From NCBI GenBank assembly GCA_964587425.1, contig CAZPLB010000001.1, positions 30,545 to 94,544 on the forward strand: a stretch of 64,000 bases of DNA, given 5' to 3'. Shown piece after piece: positions 49,096 to 58,132 of the stretch. A program made the position numbers and the translations under genes. The DNA is from an uncultured Gammaproteobacteria bacterium. GTDB taxonomy: Bacteria; Patescibacteriota; Microgenomatia; UBA8517. Below the pieces are notes generated by a model. It saw only the letters and a list, made by a program, of their open reading frames with translations. It was not told the origin of the DNA and searched no databases. Every line of letters starts with the position of its first letter. The first letter of the stretch is position 1.

Positions 49096-50316
49096 TTAAA
49101 TGAAGGTAATTGCTATACCCTTTTTGTCTGCTCTACCCGTTCTTCCAATTCTGTGAATATAGTCTTCCCTTGTTTCTGGCAAATCGTAATTAATGACGTG
49201 TGTTACGTTACTAATATCAAGTCCACGGGCAACAATGTCTGTTGCCAAAAGAATTTGAACTCTATTATTTTTAAAGTCAGTAAGAGCACGCTGTCTTTGA
49301 TTTTGGGTCTTATTTCCATGAATTGCTTCAACTCTAAATCCTCGTTGTTTAAGCTCTATTGATAACTTTTCGATACCAAATTTTGTTCGACCAAAAACAA
49401 GGACTTTGTCAAATCCATCTGTTATTAAAAGGTCGTGGAGTGCATCTGGTTTTGGTTTACCATTTAATCTTAAGACCTCCTGGTGAACGCTTTGTGTTGG
49501 TTCATTTGAGCGAACTGAAATGGCGATAGGGTTTTGCAAGAAAGTTCTGGCAACATTGTCGACTTTTGTTGGCATTGTTGCTGAAAAGAAGAATGACTGT
49601 CTTTTTTGTGGAAGTTTTGACAGAATGAAACTTAGGTCTTCAATGAAACCCATGTCTAGAATTCTATCTACTTCATCCAAAACTACATTTGTGTAATTTC
49701 CAAAGTTGATCACTCTTTGTCTTTCAAGATCCATTAGTCTTCCTGGTGTTCCAATCACGAAATTTGCACCGCGCCTCAAGCCATATACTTGAGGTCCCAT
49801 ACCAACTCCACCAATGCAAAGAACTGAAAATAATCCCATACCACGGGCGAACTCTCTAAATTCTGCTTCAATTTGAACAGCAAGTTCACGGGTTGGAGCT
49901 ACTATTAATACTCTTTCTCCCCTATTTTTATATGCTTTATCTATTAAGGGAATTAAAAAGGCTGCTGTTTTACCTGTTCCAGTTTTTGCCATTCCAACGA
50001 CATCTCGGCCATTTAAGCCTTCTGGGATTGCTTGGTCTTGAATTGGAGTTGGTGTTTTGTAACCACGAGAGACGATATTTGCTTTTAACTTTCCATCAAT
50101 TGGAAAAGCTTCAAATGAATTCTTGGCAACGAAAACTTCCTCTTTTTGAGTAGGTTCGAACTCATTTTGACTATTGATGAGGCTGGTTGGGTCAAAGGAT
50201 CTAAATCCACGCCTTCCTCCACGGCTGAATCCACCGCCCTGGCCACCACGAGAATAGCCACCATTGCCATGTGAATAGCCTCCTCTGCCAGAACCTCTTT
50301 GATTACCGTAATACAT
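49096..50316 (-). CDS. DEAD/DEAH-box RNA helicase with RGG-rich N-terminus
   Basis: PTPIQ, TGTGKT, PTRELA, TPGR, DEVD, SAT, ARGLD, HRIGRTGR. Confidence 0.95.
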   Translation of the reverse strand: MYYGNQRGSGRGGYSHGNGGYSRGGQGGGFSRGGRRGFRSFDPTSLINSQNEFEPTQKEEVFVAKNSFEAFPIDGKLKANIVSRGYKTPTPIQDQAIPEGLNGRDVVGMAKTGTGKTAAFLIPLIDKAYKNRGERVLIVAPTRELAVQIEAEFREFARGMGLFSVLCIGGVGMGPQVYGLRRGANFVIGTPGRLMDLERQRVINFGNYTNVVLDEVDRILDMGFIEDLSFILSKLPQKRQSFFFSATMPTKVDNVARTFLQNPIAISVRSNEPTQSVHQEVLRLNGKPKPDALHDLLITDGFDKVLVFGRTKFGIEKLSIELKQRGFRVEAIHGNKTQNQRQRALTDFKNNRVQILLATDIVARGLDISNVTHVINYDLPETREDYIHRIGRTGRADKKGIAITFI

Positions 50317-50327
50317 ATACAAAAAAG

Positions 50328-50477
50328 TAACTGCTCGAAGAACGAAAATTAAGTGAATTTAAGAAGAAAAGATACAATATTCACTAAAACTAATGGGGTA
50401 TCTTTATCTAAACTTATTCAACTAGCTCTATAAATCAAGCAGTTAAAGCAGTATAGCATAATATTACTTCTTGTCAA
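50328..50477 (-). promoter_or_regulatory. promoter and structured ~125-nt 5' leader of the RNA helicase
   Basis: TTGACA 50472-77, 16 nt, TGnTATACT 50450-55; leader ends pair (UAACUGCUUGA/UCGAGCAGUUA); inner AAAGAUAC/GUAUCUUU. Confidence 0.55.
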
Positions 50478-50479
50478 TA

Positions 50480-51625
50480 TTATGGGGTAATTTTGCTTCC
50501 TACAGCCTCAGAAATATTTTCGAAGCCATCTTTCTTAAGCGCTTTAATTAAGCCCAGGTTTATTTGGGATATTAATTGTGGACCTTCAAAAATCATACCT
50601 GTTATTAGTTGAACAAGGGAGGCACCAAGCTTAATCTTTAAATATGCATCTTCTATACTGAAGACTCCTCCGCAACCAATAATTATGAAGCGGTTTTTGT
50701 AGTTTTTGTAGGCAAGAGCTATTAGCTCATTTGATCTTTCAAAAGTTGGTTTACCGCTAAAGTTGCCCACTTTAAACTTTTTGACCTCCTCCTTAACCAG
50801 GGATGGATGGTTCCTGTCTTTTTGGAGATTGCCAAAAACAACTCCTTTTACCTTGTGTTTTGCAATTATCTTCAACATGGCGAGAACTTCCCTGTCTGAT
50901 TTCTCAATAGGCATTTTGATAAACAAAGGTTTTTTTATGTGAATTTTGTCAACTTCGTGCAGTAGTTCTTCCAGGTTCTTGGGTGGGTAAAAACTAATGT
51001 TCCCTATCAAATTGGGACAGCTAATATTTAATTCATAATATGATATTTTTAGCTTTGATTTTTCGAATTTCTTAAAGGTATCTACAACATCATCCATACT
51101 TTCTCTTTGGGTCATTTCTCTCCCGTTGGTTCTACCAATACTCACCCCTACCGGGAAGTTTTTACCAATCTCTAAATTTTCTATTTTTTCAATTATTTTG
51201 TCTGCCCCTCTACTTTTGAAGCCTTTATTTACCATTAATGATTTTGATTTGGGGAGTCTTCCCAGCATTGGTTTTGGATTACCCTCATATGGATGGTTGG
51301 TTACAGTTCCTACTGTTTCAAAGCCAAAACCAATTGCGGGCAATATTTTGGGGAGCTTTGCTTCATAGTCAAAACCAGCTGCTAAGCCTATTGGACTCAT
51401 GAAGTTAATTCCATGAATTTTTTGCTTTAGAATTGGGTTTTCGATTTGGAATATGCTTTTGAGGATTTTTCTGAAGAACTCTACTTTACTCAATAATTCA
51501 CCGAGTGAAGTTATTAGGGTGTGCACCATTTCAGCATCAAACAAGAAGAGTATTCTTTTGAATACATGCTTGTAGGAAAACGACAACAGAGATAAAAGGA
51601 ATGTGGTGGCGAATATTTTCTTCAT
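50480..51625 (-). CDS. pyrD: dihydroorotate dehydrogenase, quinone-dependent (class 2)-like
   Basis: GLAAGFD, GTVT, GNPKP, ELNISCPN, SGKP, GASLVQL. Confidence 0.88.
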   Translation of the reverse strand: MKKIFATTFLLSLLSFSYKHVFKRILFLFDAEMVHTLITSLGELLSKVEFFRKILKSIFQIENPILKQKIHGINFMSPIGLAAGFDYEAKLPKILPAIGFGFETVGTVTNHPYEGNPKPMLGRLPKSKSLMVNKGFKSRGADKIIEKIENLEIGKNFPVGVSIGRTNGREMTQRESMDDVVDTFKKFEKSKLKISYYELNISCPNLIGNISFYPPKNLEELLHEVDKIHIKKPLFIKMPIEKSDREVLAMLKIIAKHKVKGVVFGNLQKDRNHPSLVKEEVKKFKVGNFSGKPTFERSNELIALAYKNYKNRFIIIGCGGVFSIEDAYLKIKLGASLVQLITGMIFEGPQLISQINLGLIKALKKDGFENISEAVGSKITP

Positions 51626-51657
51626 CCACCATATTTTAAACCTTTTATTTCAAATGG

Positions 51658-52218
51658 CTACTTTCCCTTGACGGCTGCCTCAATAATGTCGTGTGGAAGG
51701 GATGCTGCTGACAAAAGCGCTTTTCTCGCTCCCTGTCCTGCTTCACTTCCCACTTTATCTGCTGCGTGGATTACTCCGAGCACGGCTTCTGTTACAAATT
51801 CTCCTGTATTCTTGCCTAAACTTTCTGCTGTTGCCATAGCTCCTTCTACTGCTCCCACTGCAACGTTTCCGATATCGCCTCCGACGCCTGCTGCTCCATA
51901 GATTGCACCTCCTGCAGCTTTTCTAACTGCAACAAGTACATCTCCTCCAAGCTCTGAAACTGCCATGACTGCGGAACTAACCGTGTCTTTGGCTGCTTCA
52001 ACCAATGCAATGCCTGCTTCCTGGGCTGCTGCAACACCAGCTGCTACAAAATCTCCAACATTCTCAAGAGCTGATGACGATATGTCACCAACGTCTTTCA
52101 AAGAGCCTGTTACTTGGTTTTTGACAGCTGATCTTAAAGAAGAAAGGGAATCATCTGCGCCCTTGACGACTGATACGATAACGTCTTTTGTGCTTTCAGC
52201 TAAACTAGATAATTTCAT
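51658..52218 (-). CDS. Ala/Gly/Val-rich helical hypothetical protein
   Basis: 186-aa ORF with strong SD (AAGGGGGTGA). Confidence 0.65.
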   Translation of the reverse strand: MKLSSLAESTKDVIVSVVKGADDSLSSLRSAVKNQVTGSLKDVGDISSSALENVGDFVAAGVAAAQEAGIALVEAAKDTVSSAVMAVSELGGDVLVAVRKAAGGAIYGAAGVGGDIGNVAVGAVEGAMATAESLGKNTGEFVTEAVLGVIHAADKVGSEAGQGARKALLSAASLPHDIIEAAVKGK

Positions 52219-52279
52219 TCATAATCACCCCCTTTTTGTATATTTCATACTAGCAGTGTTTTCGTGGTGATTCAAGGAA

Positions 52280-53632
52280 TTAAAATTCTATTTCTTGGTT
52301 TAGGACTGGTAAACTTATGTCTGATATCCCCAAATCCTCAGTTATCTTTTTTGCAAGAGTGTTCCTTGGTTCGTCTTCACCATGTGTTAGAAATACTTTC
52401 TTTACTCCTTTTATGTTTTTTAGCCAATTCATTAGTTGTGTTTGGTCAGCGTGCGAACTCATTGTTTGAGTATTTGTTACGGTTGCCCTTACTTCAACAC
52501 CAACTCTATCAATTGTAATTTTTTTACTTCCTTCCAATAATTCGCGCCCTAGAGTTCCTTCTCCTTGATACCCAACTATGAGCAGGCGTGTTGATGCAAT
52601 GGGCAAATAAAAGCCAGCGTGCCCTACAATTCTCCCTCCTGTCATCATTCCACCACCTGCAATAATTACTTTTGGACTTTCCTCAAGATGGAGTGCTTCA
52701 CTTTCTCTTTCTCCTTCTATGTTAGTAAAACCTGGAAAGATGAATGGATTATCCCCCTTCGCAAGATCATCTTGGATATGAGGATTAAAATTTTCTTTAT
52801 AATTCGTGTAAATCGAGGTTGCTCTTTGAGCCATCGGGCTATCAAGATATATCGGGGTCTCACTTGAAATCTTACCTTCCTTTTTTAAGTGCATAATTAT
52901 GTGAAGGATTTCTTGTGTTCTCTCTAGGGAAAATGCAGGGATGAGAAGAGTTCCACCACTTTCTATTTTTTTAATTTCTGATTCAATAATCCCTATTGGA
53001 TCACCTTCTGGGTGGAGCCTGTCTCCATAGGTTGATTCCATAACAACGGCGTCACTTTCTTCTATCATTTCTGTTTTTTGAACTAAGGGTTCAGGGGAAT
53101 TTCCTAAATCACCGCTGAAAACAATTTTTTTTATTTGGGAGTTTGGAGTTTTATCTACAATTTCAAGACTGGCTGAGCCCAGTATGTGGCCGGCGTCTCT
53201 ATAGGTCACTGTAAAATTTCCAATATCAACCGGCTTTCTATAATCAACTAATTCAAAACGCATAATTGCCTTTGTTACCTGGTCGCGGTTGAAGAGTATT
53301 TTTGAATTATTTCTTCCGTTTGCAATTTTTGCTGCGTCAAGAAGGGATAATTCGGTTAGGTCACGGGTTGCGGGAGTCATGTAAATTTTTCCTTTGAAAC
53401 CTTTAGGGAGCAGAATTGGGAGCCTGCCGCAATGATCAAGGTGTGCATGGGTTAAAACCATAGCTGAGAGACTGGCTGCATCGTAATCAAATGGTTCGTA
53501 ATTTAATTTTTCAACTTCTGGGGGTCCTTGGAACATTCCACAGTCGACTAGTATTGATTGGCCACTTCCCGATGTGAGAACGTAACAGGAACCAGTTACA
53601 GTCCCAGCTGCACCTAAGAATTTTATTTTCAT
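52280..53632 (-). CDS. MBL-fold beta-CASP ribonuclease
   Basis: THAHLDHCG, AGHILG, SGDLG, ESTYG, SHAD, THGE. Confidence 0.92.
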   Translation of the reverse strand: MKIKFLGAAGTVTGSCYVLTSGSGQSILVDCGMFQGPPEVEKLNYEPFDYDAASLSAMVLTHAHLDHCGRLPILLPKGFKGKIYMTPATRDLTELSLLDAAKIANGRNNSKILFNRDQVTKAIMRFELVDYRKPVDIGNFTVTYRDAGHILGSASLEIVDKTPNSQIKKIVFSGDLGNSPEPLVQKTEMIEESDAVVMESTYGDRLHPEGDPIGIIESEIKKIESGGTLLIPAFSLERTQEILHIIMHLKKEGKISSETPIYLDSPMAQRATSIYTNYKENFNPHIQDDLAKGDNPFIFPGFTNIEGERESEALHLEESPKVIIAGGGMMTGGRIVGHAGFYLPIASTRLLIVGYQGEGTLGRELLEGSKKITIDRVGVEVRATVTNTQTMSSHADQTQLMNWLKNIKGVKKVFLTHGEDEPRNTLAKKITEDLGISDISLPVLNQEIEF

Positions 53633-53653
53633 TCAATCTCAAGTCTATAGAGT

Positions 53654-54247
53654 TTACTTTCTTCTGGCAATGACGTGGAACACATGCCAGTGTTTGGGGG
53701 TACCGTTGGCTGTAGTTGAATCTTTATCTTCTTCAGTTAGTTCAATAATTTCCATATCAGATAATAGTTTTTCGACTTCGTCTTTTGTTTTAAACGTCAT
53801 TTTTGTTCCAGGTCTATTCCATTCATCGTTCACACCAAAAAATTGGCCCGTAAATACTCCACCTTTCTTTAGCGAGTTTTTTACTTTATTCCATGTTTCT
53901 TCAAACGTATCTGGTGGGTTAAAAGGAAGTGCCCATTGGGCATTCACCAAATCGTAATGCTCTCGTGAATAATCAAAATTATTAAAATTTGAGGTAACTG
54001 CTTGAAGTTTACTGCTATTTAATTCCTTTGCAGCTTCAATCATTAGCGGCTCACTATCTACTGCTGTAATGTGCTTGAATCCTGAGTCAATTAAGAACTT
54101 GGTGTCTCTTAACGCTCCGGCACCTAGGTCTAACGCATCATCTTTAACATTCACAAATTGTAGCGCTTTAATTAGTAAGGGAGATGGCGGTTTGTTTTTG
54201 GTGATTTCGTAGAATTCCAGCCACCTAGTGTTTGTTTTGTCTGCCAT
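53654..54247 (-). CDS. class I SAM-dependent methyltransferase (TehB-like)
   Basis: ALDLGAG, LPF, KHWHVFHVIARR. Confidence 0.85.
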   Translation of the reverse strand: MADKTNTRWLEFYEITKNKPPSPLLIKALQFVNVKDDALDLGAGALRDTKFLIDSGFKHITAVDSEPLMIEAAKELNSSKLQAVTSNFNNFDYSREHYDLVNAQWALPFNPPDTFEETWNKVKNSLKKGGVFTGQFFGVNDEWNRPGTKMTFKTKDEVEKLLSDMEIIELTEEDKDSTTANGTPKHWHVFHVIARRK

Positions 54248-54250
54248 AGT

Positions 54251-55252
54251 TTAAGAATCTTTAATCAAACTCCAAGTTGCATACTCCTCAGGGGTTAATG
54301 ATAACTTATGCTTCCCCTTTTTACTCATGGACATTGCAAAGTGCGGTACAAGAATATTTTTTTCATATGATTTTATAATTGCTGGGTGGATGTAGTAGAT
54401 GCGACATACTCTTTTTGTATTTCCTAAGTGGTTTGAAACTTCGGATACAACATCTGTGATATTGGTTTTCATTTCTTTCTCTCCCTCTGCACTTCCTTTT
54501 TTATAGAATGAATCCCCTGCTAGTACACTTGCCCCCCAAGTACGAAAATCTTTGGCTGAGAAATCACCGCCAGTGTGGGTATGCAAATACGCATTTACAT
54601 CTCCTGAATCTACGACCTGTTTTTTGTTGTTTTCATCCATGTATTGGAAAAGTTCGTAACCTGGAAGCTCAATACATTCTTTTATTGTTTTGGCAACTCT
54701 ATTGTTACTTATATCAAGTTCGTGGAAGACTCCACTTTTACCTTCAAAACTAAAGGTTACAGTATTGCCTTTGACACCAATGTGTTTTTCCCGCATGGTA
54801 GTTAGTCCGTATGATTGATTTTCTTTGGCATACTCAACATTTCCTACTCGAATAAAGGTGTGCTCTAAAAGCCAAACTACTGTTGCAATAACTCGGTCAC
54901 AAGTTAGAGCGCGCTCGTGCATATGGGAGTGCACAATGTGGCGAAGAGTTGGGAGACGCTCGCCAAAGGCAATTAATTGATCAAACTTGTCTTCCTGATT
55001 TCTTCTCACCCATTCAATGTGGTAAATGTATTGTTTCCTTCCTTTGGCATCAGTGCCTGTTGCCTGTATGTAGTCCAAGGGATCTGGACTTATCTCCACG
55101 TCTTTCCAAGCAGGAGGGATATTGAGGTCTGAAATTCTTTTTTCTCTCTTTTTTGAAACTTTTTTTCCACTTTTGCTGACAAACACAAAGCCACTATTCT
55201 TTTTAATTCTTCTTACACTTCTACTTTTGTTTCTAAAATGAATTGGCGCCAC
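54251..55252 (-). CDS. DNA topoisomerase IB (bacterial, poxvirus-like)
   Basis: IPPAW, DAKGRKQY.YH, RVGN..Y, GKSG, KDFRTW, LGNT..VCR.YY.HP. Confidence 0.92.
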   Translation of the reverse strand: MAPIHFRNKSRSVRRIKKNSGFVFVSKSGKKVSKKREKRISDLNIPPAWKDVEISPDPLDYIQATGTDAKGRKQYIYHIEWVRRNQEDKFDQLIAFGERLPTLRHIVHSHMHERALTCDRVIATVVWLLEHTFIRVGNVEYAKENQSYGLTTMREKHIGVKGNTVTFSFEGKSGVFHELDISNNRVAKTIKECIELPGYELFQYMDENNKKQVVDSGDVNAYLHTHTGGDFSAKDFRTWGASVLAGDSFYKKGSAEGEKEMKTNITDVVSEVSNHLGNTKRVCRIYYIHPAIIKSYEKNILVPHFAMSMSKKGKHKLSLTPEEYATWSLIKDS

Positions 55253-55277
55253 AGATTAAGTATAGTATAATTATCGT

Positions 55278-55727
55278 ATGCAGAAAATTACTCCTTTTTT
55301 GTGGTTCAATAAAGAGGCTGAAGAAGCAGCTAATTTTTACACCTCAGTTTTTCCAAACTCAAAAATTCTTGGAACTGCATACTACTCTGCTGACAATCCC
55401 TCAAATTTACCTAAAGGGTCTGTGATGACAATTAGTTTTGAACTTGATGGACAAAAGTTTACGGCTCTAAACGGTGGGCCGGTTTTTAAGTTCAATGAAT
55501 CTATCTCGTTTGTAGTTCTCTGCAAAGATCAGAAAGAAATAGATTATTACTGGGAAAAGCTTTCATCTGTTCCTGAATCAGAGCAGTGCGGGTGGTGTAA
55601 AGATAGATTTGGACTCTCCTGGCAAATAATCCCGGAGAATATGGGAAAACTGATAAAGAACGAAAAAGGGATGCAGGCAATGCTTAAAATGCATAAAATT
55701 GTTATTGAAGATTTGGTGAATGCTTAA
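55278..55727 (+). CDS. VOC/PhnB-family protein
   Basis: QKITPFLWF, LNGGP.FKFNES, CGW.KDRFGLSWQI. Confidence 0.9.
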   Translation: MQKITPFLWFNKEAEEAANFYTSVFPNSKILGTAYYSADNPSNLPKGSVMTISFELDGQKFTALNGGPVFKFNESISFVVLCKDQKEIDYYWEKLSSVPESEQCGWCKDRFGLSWQIIPENMGKLIKNEKGMQAMLKMHKIVIEDLVNA

Positions 55728-55930
55728 AAGTTAGTTCTCTTCACAGTTTTCCCTTTTTTGTCGTAAGTAATCCATTCTCCAACTTGCTTGCTTTTTAAAA
55801 AATGTCCCGAGCGCATTTTGGTTCCATCTTTTCGAAACCATTCCCAGTAACCCTCACATACTCCATTTACTATATCCCCTTTTGCCCAGATGCTGCCATC
55901 CTTGTGGTATTCAATGTGCTTTTTTTTCAT
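55724..55930 (-). CDS. MORN-repeat (YwqK-like) small protein
   Basis: YHKDGS.WAKG, GYWEWFRKDGTKMRSG, GEWITYD. Confidence 0.75.
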   Translation of the reverse strand: MKKKHIEYHKDGSIWAKGDIVNGVCEGYWEWFRKDGTKMRSGHFLKSKQVGEWITYDKKGKTVKRTNF

Positions 55931-56009
55931 AGAGTATTTTAACAGAAGCAAGAAGGTTGCTTTTTTTTTACATATCGGATTATTATTTATGAAAAGGAGG
56001 TGATTAATT

Positions 56010-56426
56010 ATGGCACAATCTCAAGAAGTGATTCGTGAACGATCGGGGGGTGTAACTCCAAGCGGAAAAAGTGTTTCTCGGGAAAAGGTTGAAGTTTCTT
56101 CCCCTGAAGCGGAAGAAAGAGTTGCGATATGGTCTATGAATCGATTGGTTCTGTATTTGGCTGGGGTGATTGAAACACTATTGGTGTTTCGTTTTACACT
56201 TAAAATATTGGGGGCAAATCCAGTAAGTCCATTTGTCTCTTTCATCTATTCTGTATCTCAAATATTTGAGGCACCTTTCAGAGGAATTTTCCGAACTGCA
56301 GTTAACCCTGGTATTGAAACAGTTTCAGTATTTGAACCATCAACAGTTTTTGCGATGTTAGTCTATATTGTTTTGGCTGCTGGAATCGTCGAACTAGTGA
56401 GGGTATTAACAGCAACAGAAGAATAA
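56010..56426 (+). CDS. YggT-family membrane protein
   Basis: RF.LKILGANP.SPFV.FIY..S....PF.GIF; strong SD AGGAGGTGA. Confidence 0.8.
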   Translation: MAQSQEVIRERSGGVTPSGKSVSREKVEVSSPEAEERVAIWSMNRLVLYLAGVIETLLVFRFTLKILGANPVSPFVSFIYSVSQIFEAPFRGIFRTAVNPGIETVSVFEPSTVFAMLVYIVLAAGIVELVRVLTATEE

Positions 56427-56581
56427 AGCACTTGCTTAAGCTATTTATGCTTTTTGTTGTTTTAGGAATAACTTAAAGAAGGTGTTTTATCTTGATGATA
56501 TTTCTCAGATCCCAAACGTGGGGGCAAAAATGATTGGCGCATTTTACTGCACTTAATCTCAAGATTCAAGGGCATTAGCAC

Positions 56582-56935
56582 TTATTTTTTGCCTGGCATG
56601 AACATGTGGATACCAGTACTCACAAGGGACAGTACTACTCCAAAGACAAATGCCCAAAGGATATTCTCTACTTCAAAACCTGGGACAACAGCATCAACAA
56701 GCATTACCATTAATGCACTAATAACTAAACTGAAAAGTCCTAAAGTAAGTATGCTTAAGGGCAGTGTCAAAAATGAAATCAATGGCTTAATGAAAGCATT
56801 AACAAGTGCCAGTACTACAGCAACAATTAATGCCGTTACAAATCCGTCAACTTTCACACCTGGAAGAATATAGGCACTAATGAAAACTGCGACTGCACTT
56901 AATATTAAGTTAATTAAAATCTGCAATTTACTCAC
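56582..56935 (-). CDS. YvlD / phage-holin-like 4-TM membrane protein
   Basis: VNAFIKP...LTLP...LTLGLF..VI. Confidence 0.85.
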   Translation of the reverse strand: MSKLQILINLILSAVAVFISAYILPGVKVDGFVTALIVAVVLALVNAFIKPLISFLTLPLSILTLGLFSLVISALMVMLVDAVVPGFEVENILWAFVFGVVLSLVSTGIHMFMPGKK

Positions 56936-56994
56936 CCCCTATCTTTATTTAGATTAGTTTATGTATTACATGAAGTCAAATTAGAACTTTGAGT

Positions 56995-57303
56995 CTATTT
57001 TCTATGTTTTTTATTGAGCATTGCTTGCACTGAAGGGCTTATTGGCTTATCTGTGCGATGAATACAACCCAGCCAACAACATGGTCTGCGCATCCCATCT
57101 TTAAGTTCACTCACTGTCCTTTTAACGTGTTCTTTTCTTGTCTCCTCTTTCTTGACAAGGGTAACCCAACATATCCACTCATTACGGGCAAGAGGTGTTA
57201 GATCTTCCCATATGGCAAGTGCTTTTGGGTTAGAGGTTAAAGCTCTACGTAAATCCAATGGCAATTGATGAACTACACCACTGGCAATTGTTTTGCTGGC
57301 CAT
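56995..57303 (-). CDS. YdeI/OmpD-associated family protein
   Basis: LP.DL..AL, TPLARNEWICWV, RRPCCWLGC.HR. Confidence 0.85.
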   Translation of the reverse strand: MASKTIASGVVHQLPLDLRRALTSNPKALAIWEDLTPLARNEWICWVTLVKKEETRKEHVKRTVSELKDGMRRPCCWLGCIHRTDKPISPSVQAMLNKKHRK

Positions 57304-57385
57304 AATATTATTATATCAAATGAGGCTAAAATGTGATGCTTTACTTATAGATTATATCAAAACCTATTTTACGATTTAATTTTTT

Positions 57386-58132
57386 TTGGATTATAATGAA
57401 CTTGTGAGATACACACACAACATCCATGTTTTACGAAAAAAGAAACACATAATAACTTCTTCCATTATCCTCACCCTTTTAATAATCATTCTAATATTAT
57501 TCTTGGGTCTTTCAACTCTTGATATTAATAAATTTTTTATTGGTTTCGCGCAAAGCTTTATTAGAGTCGTTATTTCTTACATCATATCTGTAGTTTTAGC
57601 GATTCTACTTACTCTTTTTGTGACTTCATCACAAAAGATTGAATCAATTTTTCTTCCATTATTTGACGTTTTACAGAGTTTTCCTTCTTTTGCCATGTTT
57701 CCTCTATTATTGGTTTGGTTAGGTAGAGGAAGTACTGTAACAATATTTATTTTGATAATTAGTATGTTATGGCCGATATTATTTACACTAATAACAGCAC
57801 AAAAACAAACAAAACAAGAATTAGTTGAAGTTTCTCACGTTTTTGGGGCGACAGGATTTAAATATTTACGTTATGTGCAAATACCTTTAATGTTTTCGGC
57901 AATCATCACAGGCTCAATTGTGGCCTGGGGAGAAGCATGGGAAGCAATAATTGCCGCCGAAATCATTGCTTCTGTCCCAGGGGTTGGATCGTACTTGGCA
58001 GAGGCAGGAACTGCAGGAAGGGAAAATGTTCTTATTATTGGAATTTTACTTTTAATGCTACTTCTTTTCATAATGAATAAATATGTCTGGCTTCCACTTT
58101 TAAATAAAAGTACCAAATATCAAGGAGAATAA
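57386..58132 (+). CDS. nitrate/sulfonate-type ABC transporter permease
   Basis: DVLQSFP, EAA-like loop, AAE..GVG; start uncertain. Confidence 0.8.
   Translation: MDYNELVRYTHNIHVLRKKKHIITSSIILTLLIIILILFLGLSTLDINKFFIGFAQSFIRVVISYIISVVLAILLTLFVTSSQKIESIFLPLFDVLQSFPSFAMFPLLLVWLGRGSTVTIFILIISMLWPILFTLITAQKQTKQELVEVSHVFGATGFKYLRYVQIPLMFSAIITGSIVAWGEAWEAIIAAEIIASVPGVGSYLAEAGTAGRENVLIIGILLLMLLLFIMNKYVWLPLLNKSTKYQGE

Noticed and set aside
56582-56935. Holin-family gene as a sign of a prophage
   Set aside because: YvlD-type membrane proteins are common chromosomal genes; no phage structural genes in the window.
56950-56994. Possible extra att scar (ATGAAGTCAAATTAGAACTT)
   Set aside because: Shares short words with the arm but lacks the core and needs gaps; too weak in AT-rich DNA to count.
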